DNA from: Eubacteriales bacterium
GTDB lineage: Bacteria > Bacillota > Clostridia > Oscillospirales > CAG-272
DNA: 64,000 nt
Direction of reading: 5' to 3'
NCBI GenBank assembly: GCA_045631745.1
Contig: JAZQVI010000028.1
Span: 1,489 to 65,488, forward strand
In this document: positions 1 to 9,696 of the stretch, one piece after another
Position numbering within the stretch: position 1 is the first letter of the stretch
Layout: each line of letters starts with the position of its first letter
The notes under the pieces: model-generated
Told to the model about the DNA's origin: nothing
The model's database searches: none
The model's input: the letters and a program-made list of their open reading frames with translations, nothing else
Position numbers and translations under genes: made by a program

Positions 1-2767
1 AGGAAGCCGCCGTCCTCGGTGTGCTCGCCTGCCTCGGAGAAGCTCCAGCATCTGTCGCACTTGCAGCCGTCTGCAGGCTCTACCAGAACACCCACGCCCG
101 ATGCACCGTCGGTGAGTGCGTTTGCAGGTGCATCCGCATCACTCAGCTTCACGCCCGATACGATGAAGACCGTAGGCAGCTCTTTGCCGAACGCCTCGAG
201 AAGCGCCTTCTTGTCAGCATCCTTGGTATAGAGCGTAATCTTTGCCTCAAGAGACTTTCCAACCATCTTCTCGGCACGAGCAAGCTCCAGCGCCTTCATG
301 ACGTCGTCTCTCATCTCAAACAGGCAGTCCCAACGCTCGCGGATCTCTGCATAGATCAGAGCAGGATCAAACGCGGGCATATCGTTGAGATATACACTTT
401 CCTTAGTATCGCTCTCGGCATGCGGGATCGCCTGCCACATCTCCTCTGCGGTGAACGCGAGGACGGGCGCGAGCAAGCGGATCATGCCGGACAGAACGAA
501 GTACATCACGGTCTGCGCGCTGCGGCGAGCGATGCTGTCTGCGCGCTCGGTGTAAACGCGATCCTTGGTGATATCGATATAGAGCTTGGACAGCTCTGTC
601 GTGCAGAAGTTTCCGATCTCGTGGTAAACGATATGGAACTCATAATCGTTGTAAGCCTGGATCACGGTCTTGGTCAGATCGTTCATCTTGGAGATCATCC
701 ACAAATCGATCTCCTGAAGCTGATCAAACGATACCGCATCCTTGTTGGGATCAAAGTCACTCAGGTCGGCAATCAGGATACGAACGGTGTTTCTGATCTT
801 ACGGTACGCATCGGAAAGCTGACGGAAGATGGGATCGGACACGCGAACGTCCACGCGATAGTCGGAGGACGCCACCCAAAGACGAACCAGGTCAGCTCCG
901 TACTTGGGGATCACCTCGGAGGGGAGAATGCTGTTGCCGAGAGACTTGTGCATTGCCTTGCCCTCTCCATCTACAACCCAGCCGTGTGTCAGAACGGTCT
1001 TATAGGGCGCGATGGGCTCCTTGCCTGCTCCCACAGCGGTGAGCAGCGAGGACTGGAACCATCCTCTATACTGGTCAGCGCCCTCCAGATAGAGATCTGC
1101 CGGCCACTTGTAGTTGGGATTATCGTGGAGAACCGAGAAATGGGAAGAACCGGAATCAAACCAGCCGTCTAGAGTATCGGTCTCCTTGGAGAAGTGCTTG
1201 CCGCCGCAGTGGGGGCAAACAAACGTATCGGGAAGCAGCTCGGCAGCTTCCTTTTCGTACCAAACGTTGGAACCATATTCGCCGAACGCCTTGGAAACAA
1301 TCTCAATCGTCTCATCGGTGCATACGGGCTTCTTGCAATCGTCGCAGTAGAAGACGGGAATGGGAAGTCCCCAGTGACGCTGACGGGAGATACACCAGTC
1401 TGCTCGGTCCCTGACCATCTGCTTGATGCGCTCTCCACCCCACTCGGGCAGCCACTGTACGTTCTCGCAAGCCTTGACGGCATCTTCCTTAAATGCGTCC
1501 ACAGAACAGAACCACTGCGGCGTTGCGCGGAAGATGATGGGCTGCTTACATCTCCAGCAGTGCGGATACTCGTGCTCCAGCTCCTCGGATGCAAAGAGAG
1601 CACCGGTCTCCTTCATATCGGAGAGGATCGCCTCGTTGGACTCGTCATAACGAAGTCCTGCAAACTTCCCTGCCTCCTCGGTCTGATATCCTCTGTCGTC
1701 CACGGGAACGAGGGGAGGCAGTCCGTAGCGACGGCAGGTGATGTTGTCATCTGCACCGAAGCCGCCTGCGGTGTGCACGCATCCGGTACCGCTATCCATG
1801 GTAACATAATCCGCAACAACAACCAAGGAATCGCGATCCAGGAAGGGGTGCTGCGCGGTCATGTATTCAAAATCCTTGCCGCAGAAGGTTGCAACCGTCT
1901 CGTAGGTGGAAAATCCGCCTGCCAGCATCGTCTTGGCGCAGAGCGCCTCTGCAACGATATAGCACTCGCCGTTCTCTGCCTTGGCAAGCACGTAGGTCTC
2001 GGTAGGATTGAGGGCGATCGCCTGGTTTCCGGGGAGCGTCCATGTGGTGGTCGTCCAGATTACAAAGTAGGTCTTGGAGAGATCCACGAGAGAAGAAAGC
2101 TTTCCTGCGTCGTCCTTGACTTGGAACTTGACATAAATGGAAGTACAGGGATCGGTCTTATACTCGATCTCCGCCTCTGCCAGAGCCGTCTCGTCCACAG
2201 GGCACCAGTAAACCGGCTTGAGTCCCTTGTAGATATAGCCCTTCTTATACATCTCGCCAAACACCTGAACCTCACGAGCCTCGAACTCCTTGGACATGGT
2301 CAGGTAGGGATTCTCCCAATCTGCCGTAACACCAAGTCGCTGGAACTGCTCCATCTGGCGGTTTACGAAGTCCTGCGCGAAATCCTTGCAGGCATTTCTG
2401 AACTCGGGAATAGACATCTTCTTTCTGTCCAGCTTGCTCTGCTTGATGATGGCAGACTCGATGGGCATACCGTGGTTATCCCAACCGGGGGTAAAGGGAA
2501 CGTGATAACCCGTCATGAGCTTGGTCTTGTTGATAATATCCTTGAGGATCTTGTTCATCGCCGTGCCCATGTGAATGTTTCCGTTGGAAAAAGGAGGGCC
2601 GTCGTGCAGCATGAAAAGGGGCTTGCCCTCGCCCTTCTCCTGCATCATGCGATAGAGGTTGATCGAATCCCAATACTTGAGCATATCGGGCTCTCTCTGC
2701 GGCAGATTTGCGCGCATGGGGAACTCGGTATTGGGAAGGTTTAGTGTGCTTGTGTAATCCTTTGCCA
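1..2767 (-). CDS. ileS: isoleucine--tRNA ligase (N-terminal ~922 codons; C-terminus lies beyond the window start)
   Basis: Absent from the ORF track because it has no stop in the window. My minus-strand translation from the ATG at 2767 gives MAKDYTSTLNLPNTEFPMRANLPQREPDMLKYWD..PLFMLHDGPPFSNGNIHMGTAMNKILKDII..GWDNHGMPIE..KPVYWCPVDETALAEAEIEY. SD aggaga lies upstream and an Ile T-box leader precedes it. The plus-strand ORFs 21..1172 and 1194..2744 are antisense artefacts. Confidence 0.93.
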
Positions 2768-2799
2768 TGTCTTGTCTCCTATATCTCTTGAAGATTGTT

Positions 2800-3085
2800 C
2801 AGTTTTATTGACGAGAGCTCGCGAAAAAAGAAAAAGCCTCATAGCATACAGCCATGAGACGGACAGATCCGCGGTACCACTCACGTTTGCCGCAAAGCGG
2901 CACACTCTGCCGGCTTTTCGCCGACGTGGGCATTAACGCTGCCATACGGGCGTGCCTAAAGGAAGGATTCGTTCAGCGCGCCAACTCGGAAGGGATACCG
3001 CTTGATGGCGCTCCGTCATCGGCCTCTCACCTTCGCCGACTCTCTGTAAACATCCTGCCATCGGGCTCTTCGTCAACATCATTGT
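2800..3085 (-). promoter_or_regulatory. T-box riboswitch leader with Ile (AUC) specifier, controlling ileS
   Basis: Minus strand shows the stem I elements ACAGAGAGTCGGCGAAGGTGAGAGGCCGATG. A specifier-like GCGCC-ATC-A falls at plus 3004-3006. The conserved T-box GTGGTACCGCG is at plus 2870-2880. It is followed by a terminator hairpin GTCTCATGG..CTATGAGGC plus TTTTTCTTTTTT (plus ~2826-2862). Confidence 0.85.
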
Positions 3086-3089
3086 GCAT

Positions 3090-3118
3090 AGTTTACCACA
3101 CTTTTTTCGGTTTGTCAA
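3090..3118 (-). promoter_or_regulatory. sigma-A type promoter for the ileS leader
   Basis: Minus strand TTGACA (3118-3113), 17 nt spacer, TAAACT (3095-3090). Confidence 0.55.
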
Positions 3119-3323
3119 TATCTATTTCCTTTATTTATATATAATTTTGCTTTCTTTTTAGAACGAATTTAGTTCTTATTCTTAATTTTCGGCATAAAAT
3201 GGCATTTTCAGACACGCGGCATAGACTGTAAATAGGCGGCTGAATTGGCTTTTTCCATGAAAAAGCGCGGCACGCCAAAGCTATTATTTCTTTTTTCGGA
3301 AAGTAAAACAAGGAGACCACGAG

Positions 3324-3674
3324 ATGTACAATCCCAATCAATCCGCATCCTCAAGGCGCGCGGCAGAAGAGCTTTTGCGCCGAATGAATCAGTCGGCGCC
3401 CTTCGGCTGCGCGTGCGGAGAAATCCGACCGCGGCAGGAGCTGCCCCCCATGCAAAACGGTTGCGGCTGTAACTGCAACGATCACGCGCACAGCCAGGGC
3501 TGCGTACCGTCCGGCACCCCCGATATGCCCGCACTCGCGATGGTGTATTCCCCTCGTCAGTCGTGGACGTGTCTGATGGATACCCCCGAGATGGCACTGG
3601 CGCACGGAACGCTCTTTCACGAGCTTTTCAAGCCCTTTGAAGGAAACGGCGTCCGCCGCTCTCCAAAATGCTGA
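3324..3674 (+). CDS. cotJA: spore coat-associated protein CotJA
   Basis: C-terminal signature PALAMVYSPRQSW..ALAHGTLFHELFKPFEG matches the CotJA pattern (LAMAYVPWQ..GTIFPEL..PF). SD aaggag lies 8 nt upstream. It is the first gene of a cotJABC arrangement. Confidence 0.8.
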   Translation: MYNPNQSASSRRAAEELLRRMNQSAPFGCACGEIRPRQELPPMQNGCGCNCNDHAHSQGCVPSGTPDMPALAMVYSPRQSWTCLMDTPEMALAHGTLFHELFKPFEGNGVRRSPKC

Positions 3675-3689
3675 GGGAGGTAAAAGACG

Positions 3690-3959
3690 ATGGAACAGAC
3701 AACCTGCAAGAGCTGTGCTCTGATCATGAAAAAGCTGCGCGAGGTCGATTTCTGCCTGAACGAGACGGTGCTCTATCTTGACGCCTACCCCGACCATGCG
3801 CAGGCACTCGATTACTATCACAAATTGCTCTGCGAGCGCGCCTCTCTCATGGAGCAATACCAAAAGAACTGCGGTCCGCTCACCTTCTACGGCAACGAGA
3901 GCCACACCTCATGGGATTGGGTAAAGACCCCCTGGCCATGGGAAGCCGACGCTGACTGA
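3690..3959 (+). CDS. cotJB: spore coat protein CotJB
   Basis: 89 aa with LREVDFCLNETVLYLDAYPDH..AL..Y and a C-terminal W.W...PWPWE motif typical of CotJB. Confidence 0.85.
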   Translation: MEQTTCKSCALIMKKLREVDFCLNETVLYLDAYPDHAQALDYYHKLLCERASLMEQYQKNCGPLTFYGNESHTSWDWVKTPWPWEADAD

Positions 3960-3985
3960 CTACAACACGAAAGGACCGAATCATC

Positions 3986-4606
3986 ATGTGGACTTATGAA
4001 CGAAAGCTGCAATATCCCGTCAAGATCAAGAAGCCGAACGCCAAGGCGGCCCAGCTGATCATTTCTCAGCTCGGCGGCCCCGACGGCGAGCTCAACGCCT
4101 CCATGCGCTATCTTAACCAGCGCTACTCTATGCCCTACCGCGATGTGGTGGGCATTCTGACCGATGTTGGCACGGAGGAGCTCGCCCATCTCGAAATGGT
4201 GGCAACCATCCTCTATCAGCTCACCAAGGGGCTGAGCGAATGCGAGATCGAAAACAGTCCCTTTGCCCCCTATTTCATCGATCACACCACGGGGATTTAC
4301 CCCTGTGCATCGGCCGGCTTCCCCGACACCATGAGCGCGATTGCCGTCAAGGGAGACATCATCACCGACCTCAACGAGAATCTGGCGGCAGAGCAAAAGG
4401 CGAGAACCACCTATGACAACATTCTGCGCCTGGTGGACGATCCCGACGTCCGAGATCCCATCAAGTACCTGCGCGAGCGCGAGGTCGTGCATTATCAGAG
4501 ATTTGCCGACGCCCTCCGTCGAACCCAGGAGCATTTGGACAGCAAGAATTTCTACGCGTTCAATCCCTCCTTTGAAACGGGTACCGGAAAGACGAAAAAC
4601 TGCTGA
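3986..4606 (+). CDS. cotJC: spore coat protein CotJC (manganese catalase family)
   Basis: MWTYERKLQYPVKIKKPNAKAAQLIISQLGGPDGELNASMRYLNQRY..GTEELAHLEMVATI shows ferritin-like Mn-catalase motifs. The last ~33 codons are duplicated downstream of fic. Confidence 0.9.
   Translation: MWTYERKLQYPVKIKKPNAKAAQLIISQLGGPDGELNASMRYLNQRYSMPYRDVVGILTDVGTEELAHLEMVATILYQLTKGLSECEIENSPFAPYFIDHTTGIYPCASAGFPDTMSAIAVKGDIITDLNENLAAEQKARTTYDNILRLVDDPDVRDPIKYLREREVVHYQRFADALRRTQEHLDSKNFYAFNPSFETGTGKTKNC
4502..4584 (+). repeat. direct repeat copy A (cotJC 3' end); copy B is at 5524..5606
   Basis: 83 nt tttgCcgacgccctccgtcgaacccaggagcatttggacagcaagaatttctacgc.. recurs 1022 bp downstream with 4 mismatches. The copies diverge after gggtac. 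Confidence 0.9.
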
Positions 4607-4622
4607 AATATCAAACAAAAAA

Positions 4623-4660
4623 GGGCGGCTTGGATTTTTCGAGCCGCTCTCTTTACTTTT
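4623..4660 (+). terminator. putative intrinsic terminator after cotJC
   Basis: Hairpin gggcggct..agccgctc followed by tctctttactttt. Confidence 0.5.
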
Positions 4661-4742
4661 CTGCAGATTTGTGATACAATTCACATTCGATTGATATATC
4701 CGATAAAAATCACATATCATTCAAAGAAAAAACGTGATTCAC

Positions 4743-4771
4743 TTGCAATCAGCGGAGTTTTGTGATATAAT
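4743..4771 (+). promoter_or_regulatory. sigma-A promoter for fic
   Basis: TTGCAA (4743-4748), 17 nt spacer, TGaTATAAT extended -10 (TATAAT 4766-4771). Confidence 0.55.
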
Positions 4772-4798
4772 ATAGACAGCAAAAGAAAGGAGATCGAC

Positions 4799-5407
4799 AT
4801 GGTTCTCGATAATAAGCTTGGCATTACCAATTCCGCTGATCTTGCTCGCGAGGAGGAACGAATCAGCAAATTGAAGGCAGTCGAACTGTTTGAAACGAAT
4901 TATTTGGATACACTCAAAGCAGGAACATTCGACGCACTTTGCAAAATCCATGCCTTCCTTTTTTCAGAAATCTATCCGTTTGCGGGAAAGCTCCGAACGG
5001 TGAATATTTCAAAAAGCAATTTCCGATTTGCGCCACTCATGTATCTGGAGGCAGCACTGGCAAACATTGAAAAAATGCCTCAGCACACATTCGATGAGAT
5101 CGTTGAAAAATACGTAGAAATGAACATCGCCCACCCCTTCCGTGAAGGAAACGGCAGAAGCACGCGAATCTGGCTTGATCACATTCTGAAAACCGAATTG
5201 GGAATGGTGGTGGATTGGAGCCTTGTGGACAAGGAGGATTATCTCCTTGCAATGGAACGAAGCCCAATCAAGGATATTGAAATCAAGCACCTCCTAAAAA
5301 ATGCTTTAACCAACAAAACCGACGATCGCTTGGTGTTCATAAAAGGCATCGACCACAGTTATTACTACGAGGGATATTCGGTTTATAAGACCGAGGATTT
5401 GAAGTAA
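4799..5407 (+). CDS. fic: Fic family AMPylase, class III (C-terminal auto-inhibitory helix)
   Basis: Active-site HPFREGNGRSTR matches the Fic motif HxFx(D/E)GNGRxxR. The C-terminal SYYYEG matches the inhibitory (S/T)xxxE(G/N) motif. 202 aa with SD aaaggag. GC is visibly lower than the flanks. Confidence 0.9.
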   Translation: MVLDNKLGITNSADLAREEERISKLKAVELFETNYLDTLKAGTFDALCKIHAFLFSEIYPFAGKLRTVNISKSNFRFAPLMYLEAALANIEKMPQHTFDEIVEKYVEMNIAHPFREGNGRSTRIWLDHILKTELGMVVDWSLVDKEDYLLAMERSPIKDIEIKHLLKNALTNKTDDRLVFIKGIDHSYYYEGYSVYKTEDLK

Positions 5408-5523
5408 TCAAACAGCAAAAAAACAACGCTTTTGCCTTGTTTTAAGCGATTTTTAGAAACACTGCAAAATGCGAAAAGCCTTATGCCGCAAGGCAAAAAA
5501 CGGCATTTGTTTGAAACAGTCGG

Positions 5524-5622
5524 TTTGGCGACGCCCTCCGTCGAACCCAGGAGCATTTGGACAGCAAGAATTTCTACGCATTCAACCCCTCCTTTGAGAC
5601 GGGTACAAAGCACGGAAAGTAA
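5524..5622 (+). pseudogene. orphan duplicate of the cotJC 3' end (last ~32 codons, no start)
   Basis: In-frame reading gives ..DALRRTQEHLDSKNFYAFNPSFETGTKHGK*, versus cotJC ..DALRRTQEHLDSKNFYAFNPSFETGTGKTKNC*. A strong terminator follows. Confidence 0.75.
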
Positions 5623-5628
5623 AAAAGC

Positions 5629-5662
5629 AGGAGACGCAAGCCAACATGGCTTTGCGTCTCCT
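5629..5662. terminator. bidirectional intrinsic terminator
   Basis: Hairpin aggagacgcaagcc..ggctttgcgtctcct, with T-runs on both strands. It sits between the cotJC remnant (+) and the phosphoesterase gene (-). Confidence 0.7.
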
Positions 5663-5682
5663 GTTCGTTTGTATGACGTAAA

Positions 5683-6732
5683 TTAAATCAAACGGAACGT
5701 TCCGCTCGAGATCTGTGTATCTCTGCCGAACTTCTCGTCGGGGGCAATGTTTGCATACCAATCGGACCGATCTCCCTCGATGATGACCTCACCGTCGGTG
5801 CTGACCGTCACGATCGCCGACAGGGGCTTTGCAAAGTACCAGGTCTGCTTTGACATCCACAAGTCATTGAGTGCATAGTTGTAGGTGCAGACAGGATCGC
5901 CGTTTTCATTATATTCAGTGTAGGGGATGCTAAGTCCGTTATAATGCTCCAGGTCGGGAGTGTGTTGCCAATGACCGTTGCGGACGGTGTTGACGTCAAA
6001 ATGCACCACGCCATCGATCTCCTTCAGATGGTTGGTGTGAAGATGTCCGCTGGCAGAGAGCAGAACCGTTCCCTTTCGTTTCTCATTGGCACGGTCAAAG
6101 ATCGCCCGAACCTCTTTCCAATCGGGGGTAGATTCCCACTCGCCCGAAAAACCGGTGTGCGAAAAGATCAGACAGCGCAGATCCTTCTCTGCCGCATCCA
6201 TCAGGATTTTTTCGAGCCATTTGAGCTGAACTTCCCCTAAAGAATTGATCTTTTCATTCCCTGCAGGCGCGCCCCAGCTGGCGGTGCGGTTGTGCTCCAT
6301 CTCACCTGTAGTAGGATTCAGAGAATAGTTACTGTCCAAGCCGATCACGCGGAAGCCGCGCACATCAAAATAGAAATATCCAATGGTTCCGTCTCCGATC
6401 TTGCCGTCCGTCGTACCCCAAACAACCTCTCTGTTGCAGAGCATGGGCGTCACAACTTCCATGCTGTTCCCTGCAGATTCCAGCTCGTGGTTGCCGTAGA
6501 TACCATACACGGGGAGATCATAGCGATTTTTCAGATACGCCTTCATAAGCTCGGGAGATTTGCCGTAATCGTTGCAGAAATCCCCAACGTGCAGCGCAAA
6601 ATCCGCCTCGCTCTCATGTGCGCGATCCAGGATCGCGTTCATGTCCTCGATGGAGGTGATGTACATTCCCTTTTTGTAGTGAAGATCGGCAAACAGGGAG
6701 AATTTAATGGTGTTCTTTTTCTTGTCGCTCAT
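5683..6732 (-). CDS. metallophosphoesterase (calcineurin-like)
   Basis: FADLHYK.., HVGDFCND, GNHE, SHTG and GHLH motifs occur in the canonical order of calcineurin-like phosphoesterases. Confidence 0.85.
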   Translation of the reverse strand: MSDKKKNTIKFSLFADLHYKKGMYITSIEDMNAILDRAHESEADFALHVGDFCNDYGKSPELMKAYLKNRYDLPVYGIYGNHELESAGNSMEVVTPMLCNREVVWGTTDGKIGDGTIGYFYFDVRGFRVIGLDSNYSLNPTTGEMEHNRTASWGAPAGNEKINSLGEVQLKWLEKILMDAAEKDLRCLIFSHTGFSGEWESTPDWKEVRAIFDRANEKRKGTVLLSASGHLHTNHLKEIDGVVHFDVNTVRNGHWQHTPDLEHYNGLSIPYTEYNENGDPVCTYNYALNDLWMSKQTWYFAKPLSAIVTVSTDGEVIIEGDRSDWYANIAPDEKFGRDTQISSGTFRLI

Positions 6733-6775
6733 AATCAGATACCTCTTTTGGGATTGTGAATGTAATTTTAAACGT

Positions 6776-7666
6776 TTAGAATAGGTGGTCGGGATACATT
6801 CCCTTCTTGTGCAACGCCTGCAATGCCGCCTGTGTGAGCGCGATGTCCTCGCGGTAGGTCAAACCAAACCAGCAGTCGTTCGATTCCTTTGCTCGAACAG
6901 TAATGCGTCCGTCCGCGAGAAAATCGTTGACCATAATAGGAAGCAGGCACTCGGCCTTCGTCTCATTCGGCGGAAGGCTTTTGAGAAACGCCTCAAAGTA
7001 CGCCTCGATCGCAGGGATCGCATCGGGATGGAACCCCCAGACGTTCATGGAAACAGGAAGCATCGGCGAGAGCTCGCCTGCATCCGAGAGAACCGCACGA
7101 TCCGCTCCGAAATGAATGTTTTTCGTCTCACGCACAGCCTGCAGAACGCCGTCCTTGATCCTGCAAACACCTCGCGTCACGCCGCCGTTCTCGCTCATGG
7201 TATTTCCGAGAATATACGGCACCATCACGGCGTCCTCCGCGCACTCCAATTTTTCCAGCATGGATGAAAGAATTTTGTAGGCATCCTTGCCGTAATAATC
7301 GTCTGCATTGATGGTTGCAAAGGGAGTATCCAGGTATTCCTTGGCGCAAAGCAGGGCGTGCACCGTTCCGAAGGGCTTGGTGCGCTCCTTTGGAATGGCG
7401 TAAAAGCTTGGAATTGAGGAATAATCCTGAACCGCGTACTCCACGTGCACACGGCTTTCCAAACGCCGACCGATCCTGTCACGGACCGTCTCTACCATAT
7501 CCGGCTTGAGGATAAACACCACTCGGTCAAAGCCTGCCTCGATGGCGTCATAGATGGAATATTCCATCAGACACTCCCCGTGCGGCCCGACCTGTGAGAT
7601 CTGCTTGTCACCGCCAAAGCGGCTGCCAAGCCCCCCCGCCAAAATAACCAGCGTGTTATGTTTCAT
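6776..7666 (-). CDS. sugar-phosphate nucleotidyltransferase family protein
   Basis: N-terminal VILAGGLGSRFG matches the GxGxR nucleotidyltransferase loop. 296 aa. Confidence 0.78.
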   Translation of the reverse strand: MKHNTLVILAGGLGSRFGGDKQISQVGPHGECLMEYSIYDAIEAGFDRVVFILKPDMVETVRDRIGRRLESRVHVEYAVQDYSSIPSFYAIPKERTKPFGTVHALLCAKEYLDTPFATINADDYYGKDAYKILSSMLEKLECAEDAVMVPYILGNTMSENGGVTRGVCRIKDGVLQAVRETKNIHFGADRAVLSDAGELSPMLPVSMNVWGFHPDAIPAIEAYFEAFLKSLPPNETKAECLLPIMVNDFLADGRITVRAKESNDCWFGLTYREDIALTQAALQALHKKGMYPDHLF

Positions 7667-7721
7667 GTTATCTGCACAACGCGATCCGTCAGAATCGCAT
7701 TGACTCCTTTCTTTTTCGGAG

Positions 7722-8489
7722 TTAAATCACCCGAATCCGATTGCTGTCGGCCACCGTCACAGTCAGCGCGGGATCCAGCTCCAAAAGCATTTCTTGAAGC
7801 GTCTGACACACGGGATTTTCGGTATAAAAATGACCTGCCGCCACGAGGTTAATTCCGAGCTCCGGCGTATCGGTCAGGTGATGGTGCGCGATCTCTCCCG
7901 AAAGATAGGTGTCCGCACCGGCAAGTGCTGCTGCGGGAACCTCATCTGAGCCGCTGCCTCCGAGGAGCGCCACATGGTGCACGGGAAGTCCTGCGTCCGA
8001 GACGGTCACCAAAGGCGCGCCCGTTGCGCGCTTGACAAGAGAAGCAAACTCGTCCAGCGTCATCGGCTTTGCAAGCTCTCCCACTCTTCCAAGGCACTCG
8101 TCCCCTTCTCCGAAGGGAACTGTATTCTCAAGACCAAGCGCCGCCGCCAGGGTGTCGTTGACACCTCCGCAAACTGCATCCAATCTTGTATGAAAACTCA
8201 TCACAGAAATCCCCGATGTAAGCAGACGGATCACCTTTTTTGCTACGTGATTGGAGGGCTCGATGGCCTTGAGAGGACGAAAAACGAGGGGGTGGTGAGA
8301 AAGAATCAGGTCGTACCCCTCTGTCACCGCGCGCTCGGCAATCTCTGCCGTTACGTCCAAAGCTATCAGCACGCGGCGTACAGCCGCATCGGGATCGGGA
8401 CAGCACATCAGTCCGTCATTATCCCACTTGCAGGACAGCTCCCGCGGGATCCGCGCCTCCAGGGCAGCATACAGTTCTTTTACGGTCAT
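7722..8489 (-). CDS. Nif3-like dinuclear metal centre protein (YqfO family)
   Basis: KWDNDGL..LDVT..A...G.DLILSHHPL.F.. at the N-terminus and GHFYTE at the C-terminus. It overlaps trmK by 4 nt, as in the conserved trmK-nif3 pair. Confidence 0.88.
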   Translation of the reverse strand: MTVKELYAALEARIPRELSCKWDNDGLMCCPDPDAAVRRVLIALDVTAEIAERAVTEGYDLILSHHPLVFRPLKAIEPSNHVAKKVIRLLTSGISVMSFHTRLDAVCGGVNDTLAAALGLENTVPFGEGDECLGRVGELAKPMTLDEFASLVKRATGAPLVTVSDAGLPVHHVALLGGSGSDEVPAAALAGADTYLSGEIAHHHLTDTPELGINLVAAGHFYTENPVCQTLQEMLLELDPALTVTVADSNRIRVI

Positions 8490-9211
8490 TTCCTCTCCTC
8501 CCCCATCTCTTCAAGACGTGCCTCGATGGCTCTCACAAGCCTCATTTCAAGCGCCACGTCGGCATTTCCCTTGTTCTTCCCCGCAATCACGGCATTAAGC
8601 GTCTTGGCGCGCCCCTTCAGATATCCCTCTAAAAGCGGAGAATCGCTCGAAAGGATCTCCCTGCCGAAAAACAATTCCTCCTCGGTCAAGGTATACGTCT
8701 CGCCGTGAAATCGCGCGTAAATCGTTTGATAATATTGATCCTCCCACGTCAAGGTCTCTCCCTCGATAGAGAAGCCTTGCTCCGACAACCATCGCCGTAG
8801 GATCTCGGCATGGCTCATAGGCTGCAGGATCAATCCGATTCCACCGTCCTTCACCCAAGGTGCCTCGGACAGGATCTTTACGATCAGCTCTCCACCCATG
8901 CCAAAAATGAGGATGTCTGTGGGGTGAAATCGCTCGACGCCGTGCAAGCCGTCGGTCTGCAGGGTGTCAATGCGGTCGGCAAGCCCAGCCGCCTCGATAT
9001 TGCGTCTGGCAGACTCGATCGGGCCAAGATTGATATCACAGGCGACTGCCCTCTGACTCAACCCTTTTTTTATGATTTCGATGGGCAGGTATGCATGATC
9101 GGTTCCGATATCCGCCACGGTTCCGCCTGCCGTCAGATAGGCAAGGGCGCTGCTCAAGCGTGCGCCAAGCTTTTTTTCGGTTGCCAAGGGGAACACTCCT
9201 TCCATCGTCAT
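8486..9211 (-). CDS. trmK: tRNA (adenine22-N1)-methyltransferase TrmK
   Basis: VADIGTDHAYLPI.., AVACDIN.GP.. and ILIFGMGGELI motifs of the TrmK/YqfN family. Confidence 0.87.
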   Translation of the reverse strand: MTMEGVFPLATEKKLGARLSSALAYLTAGGTVADIGTDHAYLPIEIIKKGLSQRAVACDINLGPIESARRNIEAAGLADRIDTLQTDGLHGVERFHPTDILIFGMGGELIVKILSEAPWVKDGGIGLILQPMSHAEILRRWLSEQGFSIEGETLTWEDQYYQTIYARFHGETYTLTEEELFFGREILSSDSPLLEGYLKGRAKTLNAVIAGKNKGNADVALEMRLVRAIEARLEEMGEERK

Positions 9212-9220
9212 GTCATCATG

Positions 9221-9260
9221 TAAAAAAGAGGGCTGTCATGGAACCTCCCACGGACAGCCC
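9221..9260 (-). terminator. intrinsic terminator after the DUF1858 gene
   Basis: Hairpin gggctgtc..gacagccc, followed on the minus strand by tctttttta. Confidence 0.6.
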
Positions 9261-9273
9261 ATTCACAAGCGCA

Positions 9274-9480
9274 TTATTTGCTCTTGCTTGCAAGAAATTC
9301 GTTGATCTGCTTGATCAGCGCGTCAGCATCGGTTCCGTGAACGGCACAAGCGTCCTCAACCGACTCCCCTCTGGATGCAGGGCATCCCAGGCAATGCATT
9401 CCGATTGCAAAGAAGAATTGCGCGGTCTCGGGATCAAAATCAAGAATGTCTCCGATAATGGATTGCTTCGTAATCTGCAT
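9274..9480 (-). CDS. DUF1858 / hybrid-cluster-protein-associated redox disulfide domain protein
   Basis: 68 aa with MQITKQSIIGDIL..DPETAQFF...GMHCLGCPAS..ES.EDAC.VHG.D.., typical of this small family. Confidence 0.75.
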   Translation of the reverse strand: MQITKQSIIGDILDFDPETAQFFFAIGMHCLGCPASRGESVEDACAVHGTDADALIKQINEFLASKSK

Positions 9481-9630
9481 GATATTTCTCTCCTTTCATG
9501 CCACACGGGCAAGCTTTGAATCCACCCTTGGATTCCACTCCTATTATACCTCAAATGCCCCCGTCTGTCAATCACTCTCTGCTTTTTTTCAGAAAAAGTC
9601 TCCGCGCGCACGAAAAACCGCCGCCTTCCC

Positions 9631-9659
9631 TTGACAACCTGTCAAAAAACTGATATAAT
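9631..9659 (+). promoter_or_regulatory. sigma-A promoter for holB-yaaT
   Basis: TTGACA (9631-9636), 17 nt spacer, TGaTATAAT (TATAAT 9654-9659). Confidence 0.6.
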
Positions 9660-9696
9660 AATAAAGTATATGCAAATAAACCAGGAAGGACGTGAG

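Noticed and set aside
21-2744. Two long plus-strand ORFs (383 and 516 aa) covering the first 2.7 kb
   Set aside because: They are antisense to ileS, whose minus-strand translation gives unmistakable IleRS motifs. Their own products are low-complexity (L/G/R/V-rich) with no SD or start context.
3135-3323. Sporulation (sigma-E/K type) promoter upstream of cotJA, for example CATAGACT near 3219-3226
   Set aside because: A -10-like string is present, but I could not pair it with a convincing -35 element at the right spacing. It is left uncalled.
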